Assembly: GCA_965263355.1 (NCBI GenBank)
Contig: CBDHHL010000033.1
Coordinates: forward strand, 10,680-74,679
Reading direction: 5' to 3'
Length of the DNA stretch: 64,000 bases
Source: Leptolyngbyaceae cyanobacterium
GTDB taxonomy: Bacteria; Cyanobacteriota; Cyanobacteriia; Phormidesmidales; Phormidesmidaceae
Under the pieces are notes generated by a model. The model was given only the letters and a program-made list of their open reading frames with translations, was not told the origin of the DNA and made no database searches. Of this stretch, positions 47,661 to 58,160 are shown in pieces. The number at the start of each line of letters is the position of its first letter. Position 1 is the first letter of the stretch. Both the position numbers and the translations under genes were made by a program.

Positions 47661-48563
47661 CTAGATGCTTAATCTCATGTTCCCAGCCTCGTCCCAAACG
47701 CCAGAGTAACTATGATTTCCCTGGTGGTCGCGGGAACTCTGCTCACAAATATTCCACAACCATAAATCAGCGCCATGATGTTCGCATTTGGCGCTGATTT
47801 CTCTATATATCTGTATTTGCGCTTTTCTGATAATAGGCAGGTCCACTGTAGACAATGCCGACGTCTCAAGCGCGACCTTAAGCCCAGCTCTTTGCAGTTC
47901 TCGCCAGAATGGGGGGAGATAATTTAGCCGCATTAGCGAAACTGACCCCATGGCTGATATCTTCATCCACTGCACAGGGCCAACCTGCTTAGGAATTTCA
48001 GACTTTGTTCGATACAGGCTAATATAATCAGCCCCGATAAATCCTGATACGATGCCCTGTAGGTCTTCCAGTCGAGTTAGGATACTATCGCGATCGCTTT
48101 GCTGACGCATTCTATGCGATGAAATCCAAAGTTCTAATTCAGGATATTCCGCATGGATGGATTTATAAAATTGAACTATTTCTGTCCAAAGATCGGTGTC
48201 ACCACATAGGGTTAGCTCGCCTGCCAAGGTTATTTTTTTTATTCCTCGGCTGACACAGTGATTAACGATTGGTCTGGCTAGGTTGTTGACATGACCTTTT
48301 AAGGCTAAAGAATCTCGGCCTTTTAGCTCAGGATAACGGCAGATGACTGGGTGGATGTGAATAGCTAAGCCCGTAGCCTGATCAAGTTGTTTGTCAAGCT
48401 CACTGAAGTCTGGGTTAGCGCCAAAAGTACCTACACTGTCTTCTGACACAGTAAGGCCATAGATCTTTCTGAAATTAGCCGCGATCACAGGCTTGATGCC
48501 ATTTTTTCTGATCACATTTTGAGTGGTCAGTTTGTTAGGCGGGAATTGAGAATAAAGTTTCAT
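47661..48563 (-). CDS. Degenerate GH10-like TIM-barrel glycoside hydrolase
   Basis: DFSELDK..IHIHPV..GE..LKVALET..WN..GVWD spacing recalls GH10. Confidence 0.45.
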   Translation of the reverse strand: MKLYSQFPPNKLTTQNVIRKNGIKPVIAANFRKIYGLTVSEDSVGTFGANPDFSELDKQLDQATGLAIHIHPVICRYPELKGRDSLALKGHVNNLARPIVNHCVSRGIKKITLAGELTLCGDTDLWTEIVQFYKSIHAEYPELELWISSHRMRQQSDRDSILTRLEDLQGIVSGFIGADYISLYRTKSEIPKQVGPVQWMKISAMGSVSLMRLNYLPPFWRELQRAGLKVALETSALSTVDLPIIRKAQIQIYREISAKCEHHGADLWLWNICEQSSRDHQGNHSYSGVWDEAGNMRLSI

Positions 48564-48566
48564 AAT

Positions 48567-49559
48567 TTAGGGCGGCAGTGGTGAGCAAAGATTCCCGTTA
48601 AATCCTTCGTCGTCATCGCATTGACTATTAAAGAATTCATCCGGACAATTCGGGCAACAAGACACTAACAGCCAATCTGATTGTGTTTCCGACCAAATAT
48701 AGTCACAGGGAGACGTAACGCCTCCCACAACCTCATAAGTGGTAACGCGATCTCCCCTAATAAAAGAGTTCGGATCAGATGACGGAACGCCCTGGAAAAA
48801 ATTCTTTGAACCGGAAGCCCGCCAAGTAGTATTGGCCAAGTCATACGTCCACAAGCGATCAACCACAGTATCGTGATGCCCTTCCCCATCAACAGTGCCT
48901 GGGGGAGCTGGCGTAGTCGGCGGGCCAGCAACGTAATTAATGGGTGCGCCGCCACCACCACTAATAGTCCGCCACACATCAGCAGCCTGGTCGTAAATAG
49001 ATAAAGAATTATCAGTCGTGTTGTAGTGCAGCTGCCCGTTTACTGTCCCTGACGTGATCGGGCCATTGGGCTCAAACGCGACAACTACGCCGCCAGATGC
49101 TAACTTTACAAACTGGCCTAACTTTTGTATCCAAACATAAGCATTGGCTTCGTTATAGTTGCCTTGAATGCCAGTTTGCTCTAACCATAGATCTCCGTTG
49201 GCCCCAAAATCACTGCCCTGAGTAGGCGGCCTGAGAGGATATCTGACTTGCGGTTGAGTTTGACTGACAGGCTGGTTAATCGTTTCTGTGCTGCTTCCTA
49301 ATAGCTCTAACTGCCCCCCGGTCGATAACTGCCGAGACTGCCCGATCGCTGGTTGCCGTGAAAGTTTCTGAACAGTGGACCTAGGGACTGTGAGAGAACC
49401 GCCTGATTCTGTTCTAAGTGTGATGCCCTCGGCACTACTGCCCGACACCGTGCCAGTAATAGTTGCAGCGCCGATTCTCGCCTCAACCATTTGTGCTTGA
49501 AGGCGTTGAGTCGTGCGTTGCTTATTCCGGCTGGCTAGTCTTTGGGTTAGGGCAGTCAC
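48567..49559 (-). CDS. Tail fibre/baseplate-associated protein
   Basis: Repeated G.DG(D/E)..(W/H).DT....L..Y...W modules. Confidence 0.6.
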   Translation of the reverse strand: MTALTQRLASRNKQRTTQRLQAQMVEARIGAATITGTVSGSSAEGITLRTESGGSLTVPRSTVQKLSRQPAIGQSRQLSTGGQLELLGSSTETINQPVSQTQPQVRYPLRPPTQGSDFGANGDLWLEQTGIQGNYNEANAYVWIQKLGQFVKLASGGVVVAFEPNGPITSGTVNGQLHYNTTDNSLSIYDQAADVWRTISGGGGAPINYVAGPPTTPAPPGTVDGEGHHDTVVDRLWTYDLANTTWRASGSKNFFQGVPSSDPNSFIRGDRVTTYEVVGGVTSPCDYIWSETQSDWLLVSCCPNCPDEFFNSQCDDDEGFNGNLCSPLPP

Positions 49560-49924
49560 AGCTGAGTGAGGGTTGAAGCTAAAGTAAAGGATTGACCAGT
49601 CGTTACAGATACACTTGATGGCAGAGCTAGCGGACCCCAGATAACCGTGCCTGTTCGGTCAACTCCACGGGCATGAGTAGCAGTTCCGTTCGCCAATCCT
49701 GTCCCGGTCACTGGGCTATTGGTCAAACCCGTAGCCCCAGCTGTAATGCTGCCGACAGCATAGGGATTTGTTAGGTCCAGGTCAAACTGAATTAGTGTTG
49801 TTGCAAAGCCAACCCCGTCGCCATATTCCCATCTAGGGGGCTGACTGGAACCATTGGCTAAATCGTTTGACGCGGCTATAACTTGCGCTTCTTTTGCTGA
49901 ATCAGAAAGTGGAATTGAAACCAT
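49556..49924 (-). CDS. Tail structural protein
   Basis: GTATHARG...SVSVTTGQSF, typical tail beta-sandwich. Confidence 0.6.
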   Translation of the reverse strand: MVSIPLSDSAKEAQVIAASNDLANGSSQPPRWEYGDGVGFATTLIQFDLDLTNPYAVGSITAGATGLTNSPVTGTGLANGTATHARGVDRTGTVIWGPLALPSSVSVTTGQSFTLASTLTQL

Positions 49925-49934
49925 TTTTGCCTCC

Positions 49935-52900
49935 TTACAACACAGTTTTTAGTGTATTCCAAGCATTAGTTAACGTGACCACGTTAACTGTACTATCGCC
50001 AAAAGCGACGATTTCATACGTCCTTTGATTTGCCTGGAAACTTAACGAACCACCATTATTGAAGCCCCCTAGCCATAGCTCAACGGTTGGAACGCCAGTA
50101 GATGTATTTGATTGAGCCCCAACAACAGAACCATCTTTATACAAGGTTGTTGTTGTTGCAGCGGTCCTTTGTACGGCATGAACTCCAATGGTCGTAGTAC
50201 CAGATATATTTTGCAGTGGAATATTATTGTCATTGTTAATTGTAAAGGTGCCCGCTGCGCTGTCGTCTGCCTTGACGAATACCGCATCTTGCAGACTTCC
50301 GCTACGTCCGCCAATATCAACCGTTACGCCAGAGTCATTGAGGCCAGAAGCAGTCCCCCAGAAAATTGTGGCTGAATTTTGAGCCCAATTGTTGGCAGGA
50401 CTAGACGGAATAAAACCAGTTCCCAGGTAAGCATCTCCTACCGACCCATCCCCTAGTGTGTAGCCAGTTCCCGCAGTAAATGTTCCTGTGCCAACGACAT
50501 TGGCGACAGTGGTTGCAGTTTTCAGATCAATCAATGCATCTGCAGCATCTTGACCAGCTAGGATTAACAATCTATCTAGTCCTGAATAAGTACTGTCTGA
50601 CTTCAACGTGACAAAGAATTGATTTATAGCCGCTTCCTGCGCTGTCGTATATGTCCCGTTTAATGCAGCCAAATAATTATCTGCATCAGGATCATTCTCT
50701 ATAAACGTCAAATCAACATCTAACGCAGGAAGTTCAACATCAAGCGTTAATGCTGTCGGCGTTGATGCGGTTAAATCAACATCTAAAGCAGGCAATTCAA
50801 CGTCTAGGGTTAATACTGTTGGTGTTGATATTGTTAAGTCAGCATCTAAAGCAGGGAGTTCAATGTCTAGGGTCAATGATGTTGCAACGACCGCCGCTGT
50901 CACATCAACATCTAGCGCAGGGAGTTCAATGTCGAGAGTTAGTAGCGTTATTGTCGTGATTGGACTAGTCACTACATCCGGAGTAACCCCAACCTCACCA
51001 ATCAACCCAAAGTTACATCCAAATAAAGTCTCAGTTAAATCTGACGAGATACTAAAACCGTTCAGAAAATAAGCTTCGGTGGTCCCATCAACAGTCACAT
51101 CGACCCGCGATACCGGGTCAAACGCAGTGAATAATTCTGTCGGGATTGCTCCAATAAATGAACGGCCCAGGCTCAATCCGTGTTGCCATTTTGCCGCCCA
51201 TTCTGCTAGATCATTGCACTGGCGATCGCTCACAATCACATCAGCATTAACCCGGATTGTTCCCTCTTTCCATTTGTGGGCATTCCCTGAGATTGGCTGG
51301 ACCGTAACTGAACCCGTAAATTCTTGGTGCTCTTCTGTGTAAATGCTTTCCTGATATTCAATATCCGGTGGCCGAGTTGAGCCGTCACTGGCCTGCAAGG
51401 TGAAGGTCAGGTCAGGATCTGGATTGTTCACCAGGGTCTCAGGATTGGCCCCCGTATAATTTTTGAAGATTACGCCCCTAGGCTGCTGAGTAACCTGCTC
51501 AACACGCCATGCCTCAATCGCAGGATCTCCGCTAACGTCAAGTACTCTAGTCCAGGTAGTCGTTTGAATTGAATAATCACGCTCTAAAAAGCGATTTAAT
51601 TCATAGTTGGTAGGTGTTTTTTCGCCCCATTCCCAGAGGCACCATGGCCGACGTTCTGTGATAGTTCTCGAGCTAACTACGCCTAAAATATTGTCGTAAG
51701 TGTAGGTCGTGGTCGTTCGACTGTTGTCAAGTAGTGTCAGCGCCGAGCTATTTTCTTCCTCACTAAACGCATCGCCACCGCTAAGCCCCCGTGCTTTACG
51801 AATCAGCTCAACTGTTTCAGTCAGTCGTTTAGTAATTCCGTTATATCGATGAGTAATCGAGCTATCTTCAGAATCTTGCAGGCCATTATTCGTATTATCG
51901 GCATCTGTCAGTAAAGTTGGCACAACGCCAGAGTTATCCGTAGTGAGAACTCTAGGCTGTATCTGTAATTCAGCTTGGCGTTCTACATATGTGATAACTG
52001 TTTCCGGCGCGCCTCCCGAAGGGGTTATTGTTTTAGTCTCAGTGCTGGTCAGAGATGTGTAGCCAGGCCCAGGAACAGTGCGATCGATTACGCTAGGATT
52101 TTCAATCTCTTGAGCGAGGTCTGAACCGCCCGTTACTGTTAATTCTCCCGGTGGACGTTCGTCAAGATTGACGGGTTCCCATCCGTTCTCGCCAACTGCG
52201 TCTCCTCCAATGCCGATAGTTAGACTAAAATCAGGAGCTGTTTTGAGTGTAAAGTCGGCTGGAGTAAGCCTTAACTCTTCATTGGAATCAAGCCAAGCGA
52301 CATATTTTTGAGCCGCTGCTATTTCCCCAATCTCACGTACTGGTGACCGGGTAGATTTTTTCTGGACAGCTGTATTGACTGAATAACCGCCCGCGATAGT
52401 ATCTGACGATGTTGTTAGTCCTATCTGAGTCGCGATATTACGAATTAACGTTGTGGGCGTTGTGGTTGTTCCCTGAGTGATTCCTGAGTAATTATTTTCT
52501 GGAGTAAACAGATCTAGTGATTTTCCGAGATCCCCTAAGTCAATCGTAATCTGGGCCTGGGATTCATTGATGGGTATGTCTGTTTTAGGCGCTGCTTCCC
52601 TTAAGATGTAAAACGGTGGCCAAAATCTTTCATAACTTGCCCCTGTCCACATGCTCAGTGTGATCCGGTTCCCCATAGCCAGTACTTCAGCGCCCGACGG
52701 ATTAGAAGCAGTGTCACGGTTGCCAAGACTAACTGTTGTGCTTAATTCTGGGCTTAATACAACACTGCATTCCCATGCCAACCAACCATTTAAACTATTT
52801 CCCGATCTCAGTTCGGAAAAGTCAATATCGACACTAATTAACGCATCAGAAATATCGTAGGGGCCGCTAATCAAAGCTCGATTAGCGTCTAAAATCTCTA

Positions 52901-52949
52901 GGCTTGCTGTCCAGTCTTTATCCTGAGCATCAATAGTAAAAGAGGTCAT
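49935..52949 (-). CDS. Tail hub/tip protein with repeat linker and C-terminal ConA-like lectin domain
   Basis: 1004 aa after the Dit-like gene; LTLD(I/V)ELPALD repeats; DPDADNYLAA...LYKDG..ELWLGG. Confidence 0.7.
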   Translation of the reverse strand: MTSFTIDAQDKDWTASLEILDANRALISGPYDISDALISVDIDFSELRSGNSLNGWLAWECSVVLSPELSTTVSLGNRDTASNPSGAEVLAMGNRITLSMWTGASYERFWPPFYILREAAPKTDIPINESQAQITIDLGDLGKSLDLFTPENNYSGITQGTTTTPTTLIRNIATQIGLTTSSDTIAGGYSVNTAVQKKSTRSPVREIGEIAAAQKYVAWLDSNEELRLTPADFTLKTAPDFSLTIGIGGDAVGENGWEPVNLDERPPGELTVTGGSDLAQEIENPSVIDRTVPGPGYTSLTSTETKTITPSGGAPETVITYVERQAELQIQPRVLTTDNSGVVPTLLTDADNTNNGLQDSEDSSITHRYNGITKRLTETVELIRKARGLSGGDAFSEEENSSALTLLDNSRTTTTYTYDNILGVVSSRTITERRPWCLWEWGEKTPTNYELNRFLERDYSIQTTTWTRVLDVSGDPAIEAWRVEQVTQQPRGVIFKNYTGANPETLVNNPDPDLTFTLQASDGSTRPPDIEYQESIYTEEHQEFTGSVTVQPISGNAHKWKEGTIRVNADVIVSDRQCNDLAEWAAKWQHGLSLGRSFIGAIPTELFTAFDPVSRVDVTVDGTTEAYFLNGFSISSDLTETLFGCNFGLIGEVGVTPDVVTSPITTITLLTLDIELPALDVDVTAAVVATSLTLDIELPALDADLTISTPTVLTLDVELPALDVDLTASTPTALTLDVELPALDVDLTFIENDPDADNYLAALNGTYTTAQEAAINQFFVTLKSDSTYSGLDRLLILAGQDAADALIDLKTATTVANVVGTGTFTAGTGYTLGDGSVGDAYLGTGFIPSSPANNWAQNSATIFWGTASGLNDSGVTVDIGGRSGSLQDAVFVKADDSAAGTFTINNDNNIPLQNISGTTTIGVHAVQRTAATTTTLYKDGSVVGAQSNTSTGVPTVELWLGGFNNGGSLSFQANQRTYEIVAFGDSTVNVVTLTNAWNTLKTVL

Positions 52950-53437
52950 GCAGCGATAACCCCCGATTCGGTAAATTGAAACTGAACACTATCAATCCCA
53001 TCAGATTGCTCAGTATATTCAAATCCCCTCTCATTCGTTGGCTCGGCTTGCCATTGCGGATAGTAGCAAATCGTATTAGCGTCAGCTGCTGTTGTGCTAT
53101 TGGGCGCAATCGCTCTAGTGTTTGTCGTCCCATTCTCAGACCAATAATTTGTATAGTCATATATGACCCATGGCCCAGGAGCGCCCCAGTAAGCAGCCTC
53201 CATCCGAGTCAATGTTTCTTGCTGCTCAAGAGTTAAACTCCCAACAAAATTCCAAATAGCAAATCTGGTCTGTGCCCCTGTCCTAGCAGCTCCCCCTCGT
53301 TTGCCACGAACGATCCCTTTATAACGACCATCAACCCGTGGATACTTGCCAGGATAACGACCAAATGTTGTGATACTCAAGCTGTAGCCAGCATGGTTTA
53401 GGACAATCCCCCGTCCTGTAGTCGTTGGTGCGGCCAT
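52946..53437 (-). CDS. Distal tail-like protein
   Basis: Immediately after the tape measure; ends QFQFTE. Confidence 0.6.
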   Translation of the reverse strand: MAAPTTTGRGIVLNHAGYSLSITTFGRYPGKYPRVDGRYKGIVRGKRGGAARTGAQTRFAIWNFVGSLTLEQQETLTRMEAAYWGAPGPWVIYDYTNYWSENGTTNTRAIAPNSTTAADANTICYYPQWQAEPTNERGFEYTEQSDGIDSVQFQFTESGVIAA

Positions 53438-56400
53438 TAGATAACTCCCTCCGCAATCTGTTGTTGCCGAGTTAGATCGGCTGTAATTTGTGCAGCATCC
53501 GCTACCGGATCAGGAGTTGAAACGGTTAGGCTTTCTATGCCTGCTGGGCTATTCTCAATGGCTTCTTTTATCTCTGTTAGGCCATTGGTCAGCCTTTCTA
53601 TTTGACTGTCTGCGATTGCAATTTCTTGTTGTGAATCCAATAGAGAGCTGACTCCACCCAAGCCAACTTGGTCAAGGATGCCTGCCGCAAACGGATTATT
53701 CGCATTATTCTCTGCGAATCTAAAAGCCTCCTCGACGCTGAATCCATCACCACTACGGCCAAATCTTTGGGCTTGGTCGATAGCGCCCTGTAGCTGACGG
53801 AATTGATCGGTATCTAATGCGCCAGTTCTCCTCGCAGTTCGAGCATTTTCTTCTAATTGATCAAGACTCCCCAGCGCATCGTCAGATGAGATGTCAGACA
53901 ATCCAGCTAATGCCGACACAATGCTAGAAGTCGCCCGCTCTCGTCGTTCTGTCTCACTGGCAATATCTTTTTCTATCTGTAACTGCTCGTCAGCTAGATT
54001 TTTCTGTTGCTCCTTAGAGGACGCAATCGCTTGCTCTCTCCTCTCCTGAGTCGCCCTCTGGTTGGCTAGCTCTTGATCAGCGTCTAGTTGTTCAAACTGA
54101 ATAGATAAGATATCTTTTTTGACTTGCGCCTGATTTTGCAGTGCCTGGGTTTCTTGCTCTCGTAGACTCACTATCTGCTGTAATGCCTGAATCTCATCGG
54201 CACTAGCGCCTGCTGCCCTGGCACGCTCAACCGCTATCCTGGCCTCAGCTTCCGCAATCTCTCCTAGTCTGAGCTGCCGATCTGCGTCTAGCTGGGTTAG
54301 CTGCTGCTGAATCTGTAGCTGTTGACGGCGGGCGTTGAATTCTGCTTGTATCGACCGCCGCTGGTTAAGAAGCAGACGATCTCTTATTTCCTCAACGGCC
54401 ACAACGTCTTCAGCCGCTTCAGCTTCAGCTAATTTTCCTTCGAGCGTTTGACGGGAAAGTGACAGGCGAGATTGCTCTAAAGAAACCTGAGCACCTATCA
54501 GGTTGGCCTGGTCTTGGAGCGCAGTTGACGCGATTCCAGACTGAATAGAAACCTGCTGTGCCTGCAGGTCGTTTAGCCGTTGCTGTGCATCCAGTTGTTC
54601 TAACGCGGCTTTTTTGGCTGCCTCTGCCTTTTTCTCGGCTGCCTCTCTAGCCGCATCTTGTGCATCAATTTCGCTTTCAATGCTTTCCAGCGTCAGGTCT
54701 GCTATCTCCTCCCTGGCTGCCCTAATCTGATCCGTAGCGTCTTTTTCAGAGATGACCTGCCGACTAGCGAAGTCTTCAATTTTCGCTATTTCATCCTCAC
54801 GCAGTTGGATTCTCTCCCGAATTGCATCAGATTCGATCTCACTGACCTGTGCGTCTGCCTGCTCCTCAGAAATATTGCCAGCCGCTTGATTCTGCCGTAC
54901 AGCAGCAATGCGGTTTTGTTGGGCAATGTCAATATTGGCCAAAGCTTCTTTTTGGGCTTCTTCAAATTCCTTGGCGGCTTCTTCGTTGGCTTTAGCCCGT
55001 TCCCGCGCTGCCGCCTTGGCAGACCGCGTAGAATCGGCGGCTATCTGTTCATTGCTGCTTCTCGCGGCTCTTACAAATTTATCCAGCTCATCTTGCTGTG
55101 GGACCGCGTTAGATATATCAATTTCGGGGGCGGCTACAGCTTCCTGGCCCCCAAAAAAGCTATCAAACGCCGTCTTTGCAGTCCCAATGACTGGGCCAAA
55201 TCTGCCAACATTTTCAACCGCATTCCGCAGCCCTGGGACGGAGCCAGATACTCGCTCGACGCCATCAGCGATTGAGCCAAGCCCATCAACAACATTACTG
55301 GCTACAGATACTATCGCCTGCAGTGCATCAGCCAAGACTCCCAGCCCTGAGGCAACTGCTTCAGTGTCAACAATCAACGAGTAGGTTGATCCTAGCAATA
55401 TCAAGGCATCGGCTACAGCTATGCCAATTTCTACTAAATTCCCCAGCGCTTCCCCTGCTGTTTCAATGCCGCCCGCGAACTCCTCAACATTGCTAGGATC
55501 TGACAAAGCTGCAGTTACTCGGTCTAATACTGATGCAACTGCTTCAGCGCTGCTCCCAATAAAACTAGTTAGTGCCTCCCCTAGCCTTTCAGCTAGCTCT
55601 GGATTCCCTGCCAATGATTCACGCAGTCTATTGCCAGCTTCTGTTAATGGATCTAAAGCACTTGCATCTATATTGCTGAATATAGATGCAAATGTTTCAC
55701 TAAATGCAGTTTCTAACGGCTCTAAAGACGCTCCTAGCTGCTGTTGGAATTCCAGCACAGAATTTTGCAAGGAGGCTATCGCCTGCTGTGCCCCTGGGGC
55801 TGTTCCTTCAATCTGTTGCAATCCACGGGTAAATCCTTCCGCAAAAGTCGCAGCGTCTAAGCCTTCAGAGACCAAATCGAGTAATTCGCTAGTAGTTCCA
55901 TTGCTTAGTATTCCTAGTTCCTGCAGCCCGTTCGCAGTGGCGGACAGTGCTACAGGCAGCTGCTCTCCAAGCTGGCCCCGCAATTCCTCAAGACTAACCT
56001 GCCCCTTTGAAAAAATTTGGGTCAGTGCATTAAACGCCAGTCCTGATTCTGCTGATGATTTCCCAAAAATCCCCAGTACTCTTGACGTTTCCGAGAACAA
56101 CTCATTAACAGCTTCCTGAGGAAGCCCAAATTCCTTGGCTGCTGCTGTGATCCCTGCGTAATTGTCCTGCAGTGCTGAAAACGATTGTCCAGTGGATTCA
56201 GACGTTTGTCTTAAGAACTCTATAGATTCTGCTGCAGCTTCATTGGAGCCCAACAAAATTGTGAGTGCATTTTCAGTATTTCGGAGTTCTCTATTGGCTG
56301 AAATGCTGGCCGCGACAAATTCAGTGACTTTCCCTGTTAATGCGCCAAATGCATCAACCAATCGGTTGACCAACGCAAATGCAGCGCCAGCCGCAAGTCC

Positions 56401-57222
56401 AGATAAAGTAGAGCTAAAAGTTTTGGTCTCGTTCTCAGCTTTTTTTGCCGCGTCGGCAGTGCTGCCTAGTTCCCGCTGCAGCCTGTCTAACGTCGCAGCC
56501 GCGTCATCCCCGCTAAGACCCTCCAATGTTCTATCTAGCTGGTTTAGCTGAGCCCTCGCATCTCCTGTATTGGCCTCTACTTTGATGCTGCGGGCTTCTA
56601 ACTCATTGATCTTTGCTTCAAATTTAGCTGCTTCAGAATCAACATTGTCAATCGTCGCTTGCACTTTGACGCGACGTGATTCAAGTTTTTCGATCCGAGC
56701 GTTAACATCTATCAGCTCGCGCTGGGCTTCCTCCGATTCAACATCCAACTCAAGCCGCACTGCATCACGAGTTAACGCCTTAAGCCGTTCGTCAACAGCT
56801 TGCACTTCAGCCGCTGCAGCCCGCGCATTAACGTCGACCTGAATCCTTTTGTCTCGGAGCCCTTGGAGTTGTGAGTCAAGCCTAGCTAAGTCAGCGTCCC
56901 CACGGGCAACTTTGAGTTCAACGTCGATCCGTTGCCTCTGCAGACCCTCAATAGCCTGCTCCAACGTCAGTAGCTCATCTTTTGCTGACTGAACAGAACG
57001 AGATAACTGCTGAGTATTTGCGCTGAAATTAAACTCGGGGATTTGGATATTCGAAAAAGCATCCTGAACAGTTCTAGCCGCTCTAGCTGCTGGGCCTGCA
57101 TCAGGAATCTTTAGGTCAATATCACCAAGCCCAGCAAAGCGCTGCTCAAGCTGAGAGATAGCGCGATCTGCTGATGCGCGATCAATCCCAACCTGAAAAA
57201 TAACTCTACCAGCGTCAACCAT
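53437..57222 (-). CDS. Tape measure protein
   Basis: 1261 aa helical; ALTQIFSKGQVSLEELRGQLGEQLP tape-measure motif. Confidence 0.93.
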   Translation of the reverse strand: MVDAGRVIFQVGIDRASADRAISQLEQRFAGLGDIDLKIPDAGPAARAARTVQDAFSNIQIPEFNFSANTQQLSRSVQSAKDELLTLEQAIEGLQRQRIDVELKVARGDADLARLDSQLQGLRDKRIQVDVNARAAAAEVQAVDERLKALTRDAVRLELDVESEEAQRELIDVNARIEKLESRRVKVQATIDNVDSEAAKFEAKINELEARSIKVEANTGDARAQLNQLDRTLEGLSGDDAAATLDRLQRELGSTADAAKKAENETKTFSSTLSGLAAGAAFALVNRLVDAFGALTGKVTEFVAASISANRELRNTENALTILLGSNEAAAESIEFLRQTSESTGQSFSALQDNYAGITAAAKEFGLPQEAVNELFSETSRVLGIFGKSSAESGLAFNALTQIFSKGQVSLEELRGQLGEQLPVALSATANGLQELGILSNGTTSELLDLVSEGLDAATFAEGFTRGLQQIEGTAPGAQQAIASLQNSVLEFQQQLGASLEPLETAFSETFASIFSNIDASALDPLTEAGNRLRESLAGNPELAERLGEALTSFIGSSAEAVASVLDRVTAALSDPSNVEEFAGGIETAGEALGNLVEIGIAVADALILLGSTYSLIVDTEAVASGLGVLADALQAIVSVASNVVDGLGSIADGVERVSGSVPGLRNAVENVGRFGPVIGTAKTAFDSFFGGQEAVAAPEIDISNAVPQQDELDKFVRAARSSNEQIAADSTRSAKAAARERAKANEEAAKEFEEAQKEALANIDIAQQNRIAAVRQNQAAGNISEEQADAQVSEIESDAIRERIQLREDEIAKIEDFASRQVISEKDATDQIRAAREEIADLTLESIESEIDAQDAAREAAEKKAEAAKKAALEQLDAQQRLNDLQAQQVSIQSGIASTALQDQANLIGAQVSLEQSRLSLSRQTLEGKLAEAEAAEDVVAVEEIRDRLLLNQRRSIQAEFNARRQQLQIQQQLTQLDADRQLRLGEIAEAEARIAVERARAAGASADEIQALQQIVSLREQETQALQNQAQVKKDILSIQFEQLDADQELANQRATQERREQAIASSKEQQKNLADEQLQIEKDIASETERRERATSSIVSALAGLSDISSDDALGSLDQLEENARTARRTGALDTDQFRQLQGAIDQAQRFGRSGDGFSVEEAFRFAENNANNPFAAGILDQVGLGGVSSLLDSQQEIAIADSQIERLTNGLTEIKEAIENSPAGIESLTVSTPDPVADAAQITADLTRQQQIAEGVI

Positions 57223-57955
57223 TACTCAATTGCAGCTAATTTCATTTTGTCTAAATCAGTCATCTCATCCACCCAGGCAGGGATGATGGAGCCGTTATGC
57301 AGCTCAACATACTTTTTCGCTAGCTCAGGGCTAAAGTATTTATTTGCCTCTCGTTTTCTCTGGATAAGCTCATACTCGTTAAACCAGGTAGTTTCTGGTT
57401 TTTTAACTCCATGAAGTTTCGCTGTCACTACTCCTAAGTTCGCTAATGGCCTTGATTGATATTCCAAGGTTTTCAGTCGCTCTTCTTCATGAGCAGCTAA
57501 AGCATCTGCAACTATGTGGACTGGGCAACGTCCAAAGTTTTCTTGGCTGAATAGTTTGACCCCTGGGTAGTAGAGCTGGAGCTTCCAGAATATATCTCCC
57601 CAGTTGGGGTCTTTTTTTTGGCTGATTCCTCCTCTGATGCAACAATCTCTGGCTTGCCTTGAGCCCCGTAAAAAAACAAGTTAAACAACTTGGTTGTCAG
57701 GCCAACAGTAAGCTGAGCTGACACATCAGCTTCGCTAACCGATTCGTCAATAAGCCCCCTGAGCTTTAGCGAAAACATAACGTATCGCTTGGCTGCATCG
57801 ACCGAAGAGATTGCGTGATCTTTCTTTAGTTCAGCCCACAGAACCGCTTCATCTACTAGTTGAGAGGGATATATCGGCACATCAAATGATGTCGCGTCAT
57901 CAATCTCAATCTTGACGTACGTTGGTTTTAGCTTCCAGGGAATCGGCTTGGACAT
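57222..57955 (-). CDS. Tail assembly chaperone pair (gpG 57512-57955; gpGT via -1 frameshift)
   Basis: A-AAA-AAG at 57617-57611; the -1 frame is open (DPNWGDIFW...) to the stop at 57222. Confidence 0.85.
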
Positions 57956-58160
57956 AAGGCAAAAAAATATCAGTGTGGATCTGGTCTGTTTCTTGAGGAA
58001 TCTCAACCATCCCATGGATGGTTTGCTCTAAGCGATTCCATAGCTCTTGAGTAGTCCCTGGCATGGATTTGAGCCTCAGCCAAACAGCATTAGCCCAAAT
58101 CCCGTCAGGGCGAACCTCACCAAGCACAAACACGTCACGGTTACTAAAAATCTTCATCAA
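57906..58160 (-). CDS. Hypothetical tail-module protein
   Basis: Coupled to the tail tube gene. Confidence 0.5.
   Translation of the reverse strand: MMKIFSNRDVFVLGEVRPDGIWANAVWLRLKSMPGTTQELWNRLEQTIHGMVEIPQETDQIHTDIFLPYVQADSLEAKTNVRQD

Noticed and set aside
48567..52949. Diversity-generating retroelement targeting tail genes
   Set aside because: No reverse transcriptase and no TR/VR pair seen.
54658..56842. Long + strand ORFs opposite the tape measure gene
   Set aside because: Antisense shadows of an Ala/Glu/Leu-rich gene.
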